Shown here: one piece after another, positions 9,358-19,333 of the stretch
Layout of the letters: every line of letters starts with the position of its first letter
How positions within the stretch are numbered: the stretch's first letter is position 1
Origin: a virus
Taxonomy: Duplodnaviria > Caudoviricetes
DNA length: 64,000 nucleotides
Virus record (IMG/VR): IMGVR_UViG_3300050156_000143
Location: 213,517-277,516 of that record
Strand: one strand, 5' to 3'
Notes under the pieces: generated by a model
What the model saw: only the letters and a program-made list of their open reading frames with translations
What the model was told of the DNA's origin: nothing
Databases searched by the model: none
Translations under genes and position numbers: made by a program

Positions 9358-10738
9358 CCATGAAGTCCAAGAAATATTCTTGCGGCTTATGGTCACAAAC
9401 CCGGAATTGTATACTAGAACATTAAACATCTATAACCCGGAGAATTTTGATAAAAAATTCAGAGCTGCTGCACGGCTCATTCGAGAACACGCTGACAAAT
9501 ACCGGGCATTGCCATCGTCGCTTCAAATTAAGGCCACCTGTGGCGTATCAATTGATCCGGTTGAAGATTACCAAGACGCGGATGGGCAATGGTTCTTAGA
9601 CAACTTTGAAGCGTTCACCAAACGCCAAGAACTTGAACGGGCCATTTTGGAATCAGCCAAACTGCTAGAAAAGGGGGAGTTTGGGACAGTAGAAACCCTT
9701 ATTAAAAAAGCGGTGCAAATATCTTTGCAGAAGGATATGGGCACTGATTATTTTGCCGATCCTCGTGCTCGGCTTTTGGCATTGAAATCCACCAACGCAC
9801 AGTTATCAACCGGGTGGGTAGTTTTAGATGACTTGCTCAATGGTGGGTTTAACCGTGGGGAACTACAGTTATTCACGGGTGGGTCAGGTGCGGGTAAGAG
9901 TTTGTTTATGCAAAATCTTGCAGTCAATTATGTTACCACGGGGTATAACGTAATTTATATCACCTTGGAACTAAACGAAGGACTATGTGCAGCACGTATA
10001 GATTCCATGATGGCAGACGTTGGCTCAAAAGAGTTGTATCAACGTTTGGATGATGTGGTTTCACGGGTTGCAGAAATTGGAAAAACTGCTGGGTCATTTC
10101 AACTAAAATACGTACCAGCACAAAGTACCATCAACGATATTCGTGCATATTGCAAAGAGTGGCAGATTCAATCAAAGAAAAAGATAGATGTTATCTGTCT
10201 TGATTATTTGGACTTGTTGATGCCCTATGGGGCAAAAGTCAGTGCAAGTGATTTGTTTGTTAAAGACAAATATGTGGCAGAAGAGGCTCGCAATCTTGCA
10301 AAAGAATTGAACGTCATTATGATTACTGCCAGCCAATTGAATCGCAGCGCAGTAGAGGAAACCGAATTTGACCACAGTCATATCTCGGGTGGCATCTCCA
10401 AAATCATGACAGCCGACAACATGTTTGGCATTTTTACATCCAGGTCAATGAAAGAGCGTGGCAAATATCAATTGCAGATGATGAAAACTCGTAGTAGCGA
10501 CGGTGTGGGTAAAAAATGTGATTTACTTTACAACAACAAGACGCTCAGGATTTTGTCACCGGCCTCAGACAAATTTGGATCAGGTGGAAGCGGATCATTG
10601 ATCGATCAAATGGTGGGCAAGATACGCAATGGTGAAGTGCAAGGCGATAGCGGTGAGATCACAGAGGTGCCAAAAGTGAAGGGTGACATCCAAAGTGCAA
10701 AATTAAAGCAAATGCTAGCCGCACGTAAAACCACCTAA
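9341..10738 (+). CDS. replicative DNA helicase (DnaB/T4 gp41-like)
   Basis: GGSGAGKS Walker A, ITLEL, CLDYLDL, TASQLNR, MKTRSS. Confidence 0.92.
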   Translation: MLQEFNHEVQEIFLRLMVTNPELYTRTLNIYNPENFDKKFRAAARLIREHADKYRALPSSLQIKATCGVSIDPVEDYQDADGQWFLDNFEAFTKRQELERAILESAKLLEKGEFGTVETLIKKAVQISLQKDMGTDYFADPRARLLALKSTNAQLSTGWVVLDDLLNGGFNRGELQLFTGGSGAGKSLFMQNLAVNYVTTGYNVIYITLELNEGLCAARIDSMMADVGSKELYQRLDDVVSRVAEIGKTAGSFQLKYVPAQSTINDIRAYCKEWQIQSKKKIDVICLDYLDLLMPYGAKVSASDLFVKDKYVAEEARNLAKELNVIMITASQLNRSAVEETEFDHSHISGGISKIMTADNMFGIFTSRSMKERGKYQLQMMKTRSSDGVGKKCDLLYNNKTLRILSPASDKFGSGGSGSLIDQMVGKIRNGEVQGDSGEITEVPKVKGDIQSAKLKQMLAARKTT

Positions 10739-10752
10739 ATAAATCATCAAAT

Positions 10753-11007
10753 ATGTCCATGACACCCAACACCAAAAGTTTACTCCAGGAACTAACTGCA
10801 CTTGGAGACTTGCGAGATAAACGCCACATGATTGCCACTCGTGCGAACAACGTGATATCTAGTGCAGTGCATTTACTAGAAATCATCGCATCTTCATATG
10901 GGAGTGAACAAGCGGATATGTTGGAGAAAAAGTTGATGAACGCGATAAAAAACCGTGACCCAGCAAAGTTCACAAACCACATTAGGAAAATAAATGAAAG
11001 CAAATGA
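10753..11007 (+). CDS. hypothetical late protein
   Basis: CTAAATA at 10735-10741 upstream. Confidence 0.65.
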   Translation: MSMTPNTKSLLQELTALGDLRDKRHMIATRANNVISSAVHLLEIIASSYGSEQADMLEKKLMNAIKNRDPAKFTNHIRKINESK

Positions 11008-11719
11008 TATAGATGAGGCATGGAATCCAACTTCGCTCGTGGGTGCTGGGGTCAAATCGTTGTTCACGGGGCAGAATGCAACGGATATAGCAGTTAGTAA
11101 CAAGTTTATTGAAAACTTTTATTCACGGATTGTCACCGATTTGAATGCCGCGATTCGAGGTGGAATGGTTGATATTAAAAATCCAGCAATTCCAACATTG
11201 GGGCAGCCACCCCAAAGTATAGATACCGCTCCAGAATCCCCTCCATCGTTATCTGAACAGTTCCACAAGTTGATGGAATCGTCTGGGCAAAGTATCAGTC
11301 AATGGCTGTATGATTATGTCAATAATTACACCAACGGTGCGATACACGGGAGTGAGCCACGAGTAGTTAGATTGTGTGTAGCAGTGCAAACCGTGTGGGG
11401 GCAAAAGTTACAAAAAGAGGCACTCACTCGGTTAGGTAGTTTGATTTATTCAGTAGTCAGACAAACTGCTGGCAAACAACACGCTCAGGATGCTGCTCCC
11501 TCGGGTGTACCAAAGGCAGATAAACCGACTAAAGAAGATCCAGTGTTCCCAAAATCTGAATACATTTCCAGAGCTATTGTCGGATTAAAGTCAGTTGATC
11601 CAAAAGATTATCAAAAGGTGATGCTGACTGCTGCAAAACAGATGAATAAACTTGATCGACATTCGTTGGAAGTGTTTTTGAAAGAATTGCAGAAAAAGCT
11701 GACCGACAATCATGACTAA
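10994..11719 (+). CDS. hypothetical late protein
   Basis: 241-aa ORF overlapping both neighbours. Confidence 0.65.
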   Translation: MKANDIDEAWNPTSLVGAGVKSLFTGQNATDIAVSNKFIENFYSRIVTDLNAAIRGGMVDIKNPAIPTLGQPPQSIDTAPESPPSLSEQFHKLMESSGQSISQWLYDYVNNYTNGAIHGSEPRVVRLCVAVQTVWGQKLQKEALTRLGSLIYSVVRQTAGKQHAQDAAPSGVPKADKPTKEDPVFPKSEYISRAIVGLKSVDPKDYQKVMLTAAKQMNKLDRHSLEVFLKELQKKLTDNHD

Positions 11720-12752
11720 CGGGCATTTAACGCACCCAGAAGATTTGTTACTGTCAGGTGGCGCCCCTGGGGGGATTTTGGCGATTGAACTGCTGCGAAA
11801 GATGACGAAAACTCCCTCCGAGTTAACGATAAAGTATGATGGCTACCCGGCCTTGATCTTCGGGAGAAATCTTGATGGCCAGTTTGGCATCATGGACAAA
11901 CATATGTTCAACAAACGTGATGGCACGGGTAGAAAAATATTCTCCCCTAGGATGTTCGTTGAATATGACCTCCACCGTGGTGCCAATCGTCAATCATTGT
12001 GGGAAACGGTGGAAAACATTTGGGATTCACTGGAATATCAATTTGGAAACAATGTCGGGTATGTTTGGGGGGATTTACTGTTCTCAAAGCCGTTGGATGC
12101 CCAAAACGGGATATTTCGATTCCGGGCAAATCCCAATGGCATGGTGTATGAAATCAAAGAGCACTCCAGTTTGGGAAAAGCAGTGGCCAACAAACTGGCT
12201 GGTATTGTGGTGCATCAATCCATACCAGCATCGGCCGTTAGTGTGGACGAGGCCAACCCCGTTTCATCAAAATTGAAACAAGGTGACGTACTTATACTGT
12301 CGCCAAATTTGCCGATTGTTCCGAAAGTGGGAAACATTGAGCCAGTGTTGACACAATTAAAGGCACATTGTGGTAAATTGTCATCCATCACACTGTTCAA
12401 CGATGCTCCCACCGGTTTCGCACAGTTTCTCATGGGATTTGCCAACTACGTGGTGAAAACCGGGGATTTGGAAAAGTTGATGGAAAAATTGCACCAATAT
12501 GCGACAATGAAGGCAGTTACGTATATTGACATGTTGGATCAAGCCGAGCTGTCATCGGTTCTAACATTATGGGCACAGTTAATGACCGTGAAAAACATAT
12601 TGGTTAACCAAATTGATAAACAGATGGTGAACTCCCCGATTGTAGCAAAACTCGACAATGGCAAAATTGCACATGAGGGGTATGTCGGGTTTGGTGTGAA
12701 GTTTGTTAACCGGTTTGGTTTTAGTAAGCAGAATTTTGCTGGCAATAGTTGA
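11712..12752 (+). CDS. DUF6267-like protein with ligase-like (KxDG) motifs
   Basis: HLTHPEDL, TIKYDGYPALIFG, WGDLLF, HEGYV, VKFVNR. Confidence 0.65.
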   Translation: MTNGHLTHPEDLLLSGGAPGGILAIELLRKMTKTPSELTIKYDGYPALIFGRNLDGQFGIMDKHMFNKRDGTGRKIFSPRMFVEYDLHRGANRQSLWETVENIWDSLEYQFGNNVGYVWGDLLFSKPLDAQNGIFRFRANPNGMVYEIKEHSSLGKAVANKLAGIVVHQSIPASAVSVDEANPVSSKLKQGDVLILSPNLPIVPKVGNIEPVLTQLKAHCGKLSSITLFNDAPTGFAQFLMGFANYVVKTGDLEKLMEKLHQYATMKAVTYIDMLDQAELSSVLTLWAQLMTVKNILVNQIDKQMVNSPIVAKLDNGKIAHEGYVGFGVKFVNRFGFSKQNFAGNS

Positions 12753-12814
12753 ATAATATTGGCTTGGCATAAATACCTGTAGAGCGATGCTCAACAACTT
12801 TAAAGGATTATTTT

Positions 12815-13225
12815 ATGTCTATCGTGACTCGTGTAAATGGTGATGTTCAACCCGTCTTTGCATATGATGTGCAAAATGGTAAGCAAACTGGCACTATCAG
12901 TGCCGATGCCCTGGTGCAATTTGAAGGTGGTCGGCTAGATTTCTTCAAAATTATGGCCAACGATGGTTCTGCCGCCGTTGATCTGCGTGCGCAGCTTGGT
13001 GCGGGTGGTGCCGTTGAAGCTATCTTCAAAACCATCAACCAACTTGGTGGTGTGCGTATGTATCAAGTTGAGGGTGACTCCACTGGACAAATTTCGGTGG
13101 GCGTCTATCCCGCTGGCGCATGGACTGCTACCACACTGCAAGCCGCTATTCGTGCCCTGGGCACAGTGAACGGTGCTGATCTGGACACTACCGCTGTAAC
13201 GGCTCCTGGCCTGCAACTTGCCTAA
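12815..13225 (+). CDS. small virion structural protein
   Basis: ATAAATA at 12769-12775; AAGGA RBS; Ala/Gly/Thr-rich; own terminator. Confidence 0.7.
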   Translation: MSIVTRVNGDVQPVFAYDVQNGKQTGTISADALVQFEGGRLDFFKIMANDGSAAVDLRAQLGAGGAVEAIFKTINQLGGVRMYQVEGDSTGQISVGVYPAGAWTATTLQAAIRALGTVNGADLDTTAVTAPGLQLA

Positions 13226-13248
13226 CTGAACACCCAGCTAACGTGTTC

Positions 13249-13272
13249 AAGCCACCTTCGGGTGGCTTTTTT
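13249..13272 (+). terminator. Rho-independent terminator
   Basis: AAGCCACC-TTCG-GGTGGCTT followed by a T-tract. Confidence 0.9.
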
Positions 13273-13296
13273 ATTCCCGACTGTTTCACACGGGCT

Positions 13297-13350
13297 TTGT
13301 CATTGTTGGGAATATTGATGTACACTGCATTCACTGCACTGACGCAGACA
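13297..13350 (+). promoter_or_regulatory. early promoter plus 5' stem-loop cassette, copy 1
   Basis: TTGTCA-N18-TACACT GCATTCA CTGC-ACTGAC-GCAG. Confidence 0.65.
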
Positions 13351-13369
13351 TTTCGACCGGAGTTCCACC

Positions 13370-13612
13370 ATGTTGCCGCTCTCTACGATTCCCAAAAACA
13401 TTGAATATCGAATCCACAACGTGAACATCTGGGTAACACGCCCAGTTGGCGACAACGCGCCTTCAAGTGGGGAGCTTTTGAGCCGTGGTCGGGTACATGG
13501 GCGAAATTCTGAATATTTGACAAACGCCAGCACAAAACAATGTTGGATTTGTTCTCGTGATGAATTTGCCCGTCTGATAACGGACGGAACATTCATCATA
13601 GCGAAAAAATGA
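13370..13612 (+). CDS. hypothetical protein
   Basis: GGAG RBS; first gene after the promoter cassette. Confidence 0.6.
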   Translation: MLPLSTIPKNIEYRIHNVNIWVTRPVGDNAPSSGELLSRGRVHGRNSEYLTNASTKQCWICSRDEFARLITDGTFIIAKK

Positions 13613-13616
13613 TGCT

Positions 13617-13841
13617 ATGTACTACTCCAACAAAGACGTATACCTCCAACGCAATCTCAGTCGCATCACATGTGGGGTGTTGCATCTGACCCGTGAATTG
13701 AAATCATTCGAGAGAATGCGAGAACGCGGGTGCCCGGACAGAGTAAACACCATGTTTTATCAGATCGCAAAAGATAAACTATCCGATCTGTTGGCCATTC
13801 AAACCAGGTTATCCCGTGAAGCACGTCTTCCGTCTTTCTAA
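13617..13841 (+). CDS. hypothetical protein
   Basis: Packed 74-aa ORF. Confidence 0.55.
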   Translation: MYYSNKDVYLQRNLSRITCGVLHLTRELKSFERMRERGCPDRVNTMFYQIAKDKLSDLLAIQTRLSREARLPSF

Positions 13842-14289
13842 ATTTGTGGTAAACCGTGACATCCAAGGTGCTCGCCGAGGTGACCACATTGTGGTAATCA
13901 CTGATCCGGGCATGCCATATTTGCGCTATCGCGTCAACGACACTGTTGTTGTTAAAATTTCCGCAGCAGAGTTCGACCACGCTATAGCAAATGGTGACAT
14001 ATCCGAGATTCATCCACTGGCGGTGAAAATTAAGAGGCGCAAAGCGCATGAAGGATGGCAAGAATCGGGGTTGCTCAAAGTGGCCGACAAATTTGGGGAA
14101 CAGGCTGGGGAGCACGGTGCTTGGTATTTTTGGATGACGCTTCCCGACGATGAACGGGGGCAAGAAATCATAACGGACGAACTTACCCGTCGAGGCCACG
14201 AATATGAAGTAGTCTTGTTGGAAGATATGACAATTGGATATAACGCCGTACACCAAATCGTGATCTTGAAAAATCGGACAAAGTCATGA
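13816..14289 (+). CDS. hypothetical protein (start uncertain)
   Basis: Fills the gap; ATGA overlap with the next gene. Confidence 0.55.
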   Translation: MKHVFRLSKFVVNRDIQGARRGDHIVVITDPGMPYLRYRVNDTVVVKISAAEFDHAIANGDISEIHPLAVKIKRRKAHEGWQESGLLKVADKFGEQAGEHGAWYFWMTLPDDERGQEIITDELTRRGHEYEVVLLEDMTIGYNAVHQIVILKNRTKS

Positions 14290-14510
14290 AAATTGCCAAT
14301 ACCATCGCCATTTCATCCACCGATGCCTGTATTGGGCGAACCGTGGTGAAACGTTCCGGGAAACCGTTCAAAAGCGGTCAGTTTACCGCAGTAGTCAGCA
14401 CAGTGACCACCAATCCGCAACACAACCATCGTCCAGCATTCACTTTTATCGATTGTGATGGCGTGGTCGATGTTACTCAATTGTTACTTTTACCATCCAC
14501 AACGGCTTAA
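14286..14510 (+). CDS. hypothetical protein
   Basis: 74-aa ORF, R.GKPFKSG motif. Confidence 0.55.
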   Translation: MKIANTIAISSTDACIGRTVVKRSGKPFKSGQFTAVVSTVTTNPQHNHRPAFTFIDCDGVVDVTQLLLLPSTTA

Positions 14511-14526
14511 CGCCAGAAGATACACC

Positions 14527-14931
14527 ATGAACCAAACTATGAAATACATCGGTGGCGCCATTGTCGCTGGCACCGCCATCACGTTGGCCCTTCACGCTGC
14601 TGGCGTTTTTACCACTGTCGCCACTGCACCGGGACGAATCGTGAATCGCACCATGTCCACCGTCAATATCATCCAGAATTACGAATGGTTCTATGATGCC
14701 AACGGACAGATTAACGCCCGTGTTGGTCAAATTGCCGCACACGCTAAGCTCATCGCAGCCGAAACTGATAAACGAGAACGTGCTCAGTTGAACATTGAAT
14801 TGGCCGGTATGCAACAAAGTTGCCGAGAATTGGTGGAAAAGTATAACGCCAATTCTGAAAAGGCCAACCATTCCATTTTCAAATCCAACAATCTTCCCGA
14901 TTCGTTCAACCCGTCTATTTGCGGAGCCTAA
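14527..14931 (+). CDS. N-terminally membrane-anchored coiled-coil protein
   Basis: Hydrophobic N-terminus, NYEWF motif, heptad-like C-terminal half. Confidence 0.7.
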   Translation: MNQTMKYIGGAIVAGTAITLALHAAGVFTTVATAPGRIVNRTMSTVNIIQNYEWFYDANGQINARVGQIAAHAKLIAAETDKRERAQLNIELAGMQQSCRELVEKYNANSEKANHSIFKSNNLPDSFNPSICGA

Positions 14932-14934
14932 ATC

Positions 14935-15426
14935 ATGAAAACCACCATCACCACCATTGTTTGCGCATGTTTGTTTGTATTAGCTGGCTGCAAAGACGAC
15001 TCACCGCAGGCCAAGAATGTGCAGGCAAATAAAGCACGCGAAGCAGCAAATTCGATCAACTTTGCCGAAAATGCAGAAATCGACAATATCAAAAAACGTC
15101 TTGAATTAACTGCAAATCCAGGTTTGCTTGGGTTCGTGGTGCTACTCAATGAATCGGGCCAGCCTGTCATGAATTTGGCAGTCAAGGGTAAGATCACCTC
15201 TGGGGCAAAGCGGTTGACGCGCCCAGATCGTGTTACTGCTGAAGGCCCAGGCACTAACAATGTAGTGGCACAATCCCCTAGCGATGAGGGCACTTATGGT
15301 CACAGTGGTGAATATGTCTTTTTCTGGACTACTTCTGGTCAATATATCCAGTGGAACGGCAAATATCTGTATTCCGACAAACCATTTCGCTTGAACATCC
15401 AACCCATTGTTGTGTCTCAGCAGTAA
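14935..15426 (+). CDS. lipoprotein
   Basis: Signal peptide with lipobox LAG-C. Confidence 0.75.
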   Translation: MKTTITTIVCACLFVLAGCKDDSPQAKNVQANKAREAANSINFAENAEIDNIKKRLELTANPGLLGFVVLLNESGQPVMNLAVKGKITSGAKRLTRPDRVTAEGPGTNNVVAQSPSDEGTYGHSGEYVFFWTTSGQYIQWNGKYLYSDKPFRLNIQPIVVSQQ

Positions 15427-15438
15427 TTTGGAGTTTCC

Positions 15439-16545
15439 ATGACACTAGCTTCGCAAACATATACCGAATTGATGGCATTGTGTGGTTCAGATGATGCTTT
15501 CTTTTTCAAAGATTGTGAGAAAGACGGGATCAGCTATCGAATCTTCAATTACCGACTCGTTAGCTACACTCAGTTTCAAAAGCCGTCTGCCCTGAATTGT
15601 CGGGGGATTATGTATGATGTGACTGATCCAACTGCACCACGGTTAGTCAGTTTGCCAATGCAGAAGTTCTTCAATTACGAGGAAGGTGGCGTTGACCATT
15701 CTGCGCACCAAATTGGCTGTATTATGGAAAAGATGGATGGGTCACTGATTTCAACCTATATCCATCAGGGTGAGCTAGCGTTTAAGTCCAAGGGGTCGCT
15801 GACATCATCACAGGCCATTTCGGCCACAAAATACGTGAATGATCGCCCCGCCCTGAAAGATGCGATTTTGGATGGTGTTAGCAAAGGATTCACCTTAAAC
15901 TTTGAATACACTTCCCCTGAAAACCGAGTGGTGGTGCCATATCAAGACGAACGGCTGACGCTGTTGTCAGCACGGTGCAACAGCACGTTTGAAAACTATT
16001 TTGGGTCAGCGTTGACTCGGTTTCAAGGCCTAGTTCCGTACATCGTTGAACCCCAAGATGGTTGCACTATTTCCCACCGTGAGTTAGTGGAATCGGTGCG
16101 AGCACGCACCGAGGGCGAAGGTGTGGTGGTTGAAATCGGTGAACGACTGGTGAAAATCAAGTCAGATCGGTATCTGTTGCTGCACCAAACCAAAGATTCG
16201 GTCAATTCCAGCAAGCGATTATTTGAAGCCATCATCGAGGAAGCCACCGACGATTTGCGCTCATTGTTTGCCGACGATCCCTATGTATTGGCCAAAATTG
16301 CAGCGATGGAGGCAAAGGTTCAACCCATCTTTAATCACATTGTTAACACAGTGGAGACATTTTATGAAACCAATAAGTCACTGACTCGAAAAGACTTTGC
16401 GATCAAGGTACAGGCCGAGTTCCCGCAATTCATGGGGATGATTATGGGCTTGTTCACTGGCCGAACACCAGATTACAAAACATTTGCCAAAAAATACCGT
16501 GTTGAAATTTTTGGCATTTGTGACGACCAACCTGAAACTGAATAA
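15439..16545 (+). CDS. rnlA: RNA ligase 1 (T4 RnlA-like)
   Basis: RIFNY, CRGIM, KFFN, motif I EKMDGSLI, FEYTSP.NR.VV.Y, EGVVV, KIKS..Y. Confidence 0.9.
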   Translation: MTLASQTYTELMALCGSDDAFFFKDCEKDGISYRIFNYRLVSYTQFQKPSALNCRGIMYDVTDPTAPRLVSLPMQKFFNYEEGGVDHSAHQIGCIMEKMDGSLISTYIHQGELAFKSKGSLTSSQAISATKYVNDRPALKDAILDGVSKGFTLNFEYTSPENRVVVPYQDERLTLLSARCNSTFENYFGSALTRFQGLVPYIVEPQDGCTISHRELVESVRARTEGEGVVVEIGERLVKIKSDRYLLLHQTKDSVNSSKRLFEAIIEEATDDLRSLFADDPYVLAKIAAMEAKVQPIFNHIVNTVETFYETNKSLTRKDFAIKVQAEFPQFMGMIMGLFTGRTPDYKTFAKKYRVEIFGICDDQPETE

Positions 16546-16556
16546 AGGAGCATATC

Positions 16557-17552
16557 TTGCAACATTACAAATTTCCCAGTATTGAACAATTTCGCCACGC
16601 TGTGAAAACGGTGCGCGACCACTGCGCTTATTACAGCCTACCGTTGCCCAGCGTGGATTTCATTGGCACCGTCAAGTTGCACGGCACGAATGCCAGTGTG
16701 GTTTATGATGCGAAAACGGGTGACACCCAGCCCCAATCTCGTGAGCGTATCATCACCATCGGCAACGACAATGCTGGTTTCGCATTATCTGCTGCGACCC
16801 ATGCGGAAAAGTTCTCGACCATGTTTTCCACCTTGCAGCAAAGTGGTCAGCATGATGTGATCGCTATCTACGGGGAATGGTGCGGACAAGGCATTCAAAA
16901 GGGCGTTGCTGTCAGCCAAGTGCAAAAAATGTTTGTTGTCTTTGGGATCAAAATGATTACCAATGGTGACGAAACCTGGATGCCGATTGATCAAATCAAC
17001 GAGATCGTGGGAGATTACCCTGGCATTTATTCGATTGGGTCATTCAAGACATACCACCTGACCATCGACTTCTCAAATCCAGAACTGTCTCAAAATGAGT
17101 TAGTCCGCCTGACCAACGATGTGGAGCAAGAGTGCCCAGTGGGTAAACATTTTGGGGTGTCGGGTGTTGGCGAAGGGATCGTGTGGTCTTCGACCAATTT
17201 CACCAAAAAGCTGGTGTTCAAAGTCAAAGGTGAAAAACACAGTGATAGCAAGGTGAAAACTCTGGCGGAAGTCGATGTGGAGAAGATGCAATCGATACAG
17301 GCATACGCTAATACAGTGGTGACTGACCACCGTCTTGAAAAAATGCTCGCCACACTAATCGAAACGGGTGGGCAAGCCGAACAGCAGTTCACGAGCGATT
17401 TCATCAGGCTGGTATTTGCTGATGTGATCAAAGAAGAATCCGATCGTTTGATTGAAAGCGGCTTCACTTGGAAGCAAGTGTCGCCAAAAGTGGCAACCAA
17501 TGCTCGGAACTGGTGGATGAAACGATTGGATGAATTGGCTCGCGCCGCGTAA
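16557..17552 (+). CDS. RNA ligase 2-family protein
   Basis: Motif I VKLHGTNA, YGEWCG.GIQKG, GEGIVW, FKVKGEKH; AAGGAG RBS before TTG. Confidence 0.85.
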   Translation: MQHYKFPSIEQFRHAVKTVRDHCAYYSLPLPSVDFIGTVKLHGTNASVVYDAKTGDTQPQSRERIITIGNDNAGFALSAATHAEKFSTMFSTLQQSGQHDVIAIYGEWCGQGIQKGVAVSQVQKMFVVFGIKMITNGDETWMPIDQINEIVGDYPGIYSIGSFKTYHLTIDFSNPELSQNELVRLTNDVEQECPVGKHFGVSGVGEGIVWSSTNFTKKLVFKVKGEKHSDSKVKTLAEVDVEKMQSIQAYANTVVTDHRLEKMLATLIETGGQAEQQFTSDFIRLVFADVIKEESDRLIESGFTWKQVSPKVATNARNWWMKRLDELARAA

Positions 17553-17559
17553 ACCCCTT

Positions 17560-17596
17560 AGTCGCAGTATGGTATTTCACTATGCTGCGACTTTTT
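17560..17596 (+). terminator. Rho-independent terminator
   Basis: 14-bp stem with two G-U pairs (AGTCGCAGTATGGT / ACTATGCTGCGACT) followed by T's. Confidence 0.75.
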
Positions 17597-17637
17597 GCAT
17601 ATACTTGCGCCATTCGATATCCACCTTGAAAACCACC

Positions 17638-17862
17638 ATGCAAATTTACTATCTGTCATGTTCTGTTGTCAATCCACCAGATTTTGGTGGGTTTTATTTT
17701 TTTGTAAAATCTGGTGGCAATTTTGACGCACAGGAATATGCCGAAGTGTATGGGATTGATCCAGTAGATATTGATGAATCGACCATTGGGGCGGTGCGAA
17801 ACTGGGTTAAGCGCCTGGGTGAAAACGAATGGTTGGCAATTTCTCACCAGTCCCACCAATAA
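17638..17862 (+). CDS. hypothetical protein
   Basis: ORF after the terminator. Confidence 0.55.
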   Translation: MQIYYLSCSVVNPPDFGGFYFFVKSGGNFDAQEYAEVYGIDPVDIDESTIGAVRNWVKRLGENEWLAISHQSHQ

Positions 17863-17870
17863 TTGGAGAA

Positions 17871-18320
17871 ATGATGTCAAGATTCTATCGAAAAGATTGT
17901 TTGGATAACAATAAACAACACCATCTTTACAAGACTGTTCGCAAGATGGAATATCAGTTGTTGTGTGCTCGGGGTGATGTGTTACGAGCACGAAAAGACT
18001 TGCGACGACAACTGGAGGCAACATTGGAATGGCACAATCTGCTACAATCCAGCGACTTGACTGCCAACACACAGTTGCATATCACAAATAAACGCACGGA
18101 ACTTGAAAGTTCTACCCGAGCGTTGGTCGAACAATTTGGTCAACTACTGGCTATGGTTAGTGATCTGATGAACACAAATCACCCGTCCGGGGCATTGTGT
18201 TGCCAAATCCGTTCTCTCACTAGTCCCATCAAAGTGCGAGAGGCCTATGATGAAAACATGATCCCAAAACGTGGGCGAACATTTACGGACATTTTGTTTT
18301 CACCCGGTTTCACCATTTAA
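17871..18320 (+). CDS. hypothetical coiled-coil protein
   Basis: GGAG RBS; packed ORF. Confidence 0.6.
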   Translation: MMSRFYRKDCLDNNKQHHLYKTVRKMEYQLLCARGDVLRARKDLRRQLEATLEWHNLLQSSDLTANTQLHITNKRTELESSTRALVEQFGQLLAMVSDLMNTNHPSGALCCQIRSLTSPIKVREAYDENMIPKRGRTFTDILFSPGFTI

Positions 18321-18847
18321 TGAGAACCATCATGAAATTCATTGTTACTAAATCTGTGTGCGATAGTGAATCTGGCGCAGAATACGCCGATATGACGGTG
18401 GTTCACACGTTTGATACACGCGTAGAAGCAGAAGCATTTGCCACATCGATGAGAGAATTGGTAGAGCAACTAAGAAAACTGTCATGGGACTATGCGTCAC
18501 TACTGCGAACCTGGCACAGCAAGCCGCAAATCTGGCTCGTTCACCCACCTTGTCCCATTCGCAATGGAGCACTCCGGTCACATCTAACGGATATTGAACG
18601 TGCCGAACACAATGCGTGGCTAGACAAAGTAGCTGCTGCCGAAAAGTCACAACAAAACGGCGCCCATGAGTGGGTAATATCTCAGTCACCGTTCTCCACA
18701 TTGGAGCCAATTATGTTGCAGTTTTTCGGCAACAGTGGTGACGTGAAACACGCACTCGACGTAACCTTTCGTGTTACGGAACTAGACCCACCATCGACGT
18801 TAACGTTGGATGACATGTTGTATATGTTGAGGGACAATTATGCTTGA
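18320..18847 (+). CDS. hypothetical protein
   Basis: TAATG overlap. Confidence 0.6.
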   Translation: MRTIMKFIVTKSVCDSESGAEYADMTVVHTFDTRVEAEAFATSMRELVEQLRKLSWDYASLLRTWHSKPQIWLVHPPCPIRNGALRSHLTDIERAEHNAWLDKVAAAEKSQQNGAHEWVISQSPFSTLEPIMLQFFGNSGDVKHALDVTFRVTELDPPSTLTLDDMLYMLRDNYA

Positions 18848-19061
18848 AAATGAGGTGCAGTTGGTGATGCGGGTTGATTCATCCCAGACTGACAGTTGCG
18901 GATGCGATGAACGGGTAGTTAGCATCCATTCTGACTCATCCGTTGCCAACAGTTTGGTGGAATTTTATAACCACAATTGCAAAACCCGTGGAATACATTT
19001 TTATGTCAAGGTGATGACATTTGATAAACAATTGTCTATGCGGCAAGCACTGGCCACTTGA
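18840..19061 (+). CDS. hypothetical protein
   Basis: Packed ORF. Confidence 0.55.
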   Translation: MLENEVQLVMRVDSSQTDSCGCDERVVSIHSDSSVANSLVEFYNHNCKTRGIHFYVKVMTFDKQLSMRQALAT

Positions 19062-19333
19062 AAGCTGTTGATATGACAAAACAAGAATTGCTGTATCTTC
19101 GTGCAACGTTTAGTTGGGATTTTGGGCAGTTACTGTTCATAGAGACCCAGGTGGGGAATTTTGTCTGGTCTGATCCAGACTACTATGGGGACAACACTAT
19201 TCACCCCACCAGCATGTCTGCTGAACAATTTTGTCGTTATAGTGGCGTGCCATATTTGCGTCACAAGGGCAAATCCACCGTTGCTGCAAAATGTGGCAAC
19301 ACTTTTATCTACATCGATGAGGAGTTTGTATGA
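19058..19333 (+). CDS. conserved phage hypothetical protein
   Basis: FSWDFG..F.ET..GNF.WSDPDY.GDNTI motif. Confidence 0.6.
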   Translation: MKAVDMTKQELLYLRATFSWDFGQLLFIETQVGNFVWSDPDYYGDNTIHPTSMSAEQFCRYSGVPYLRHKGKSTVAAKCGNTFIYIDEEFV

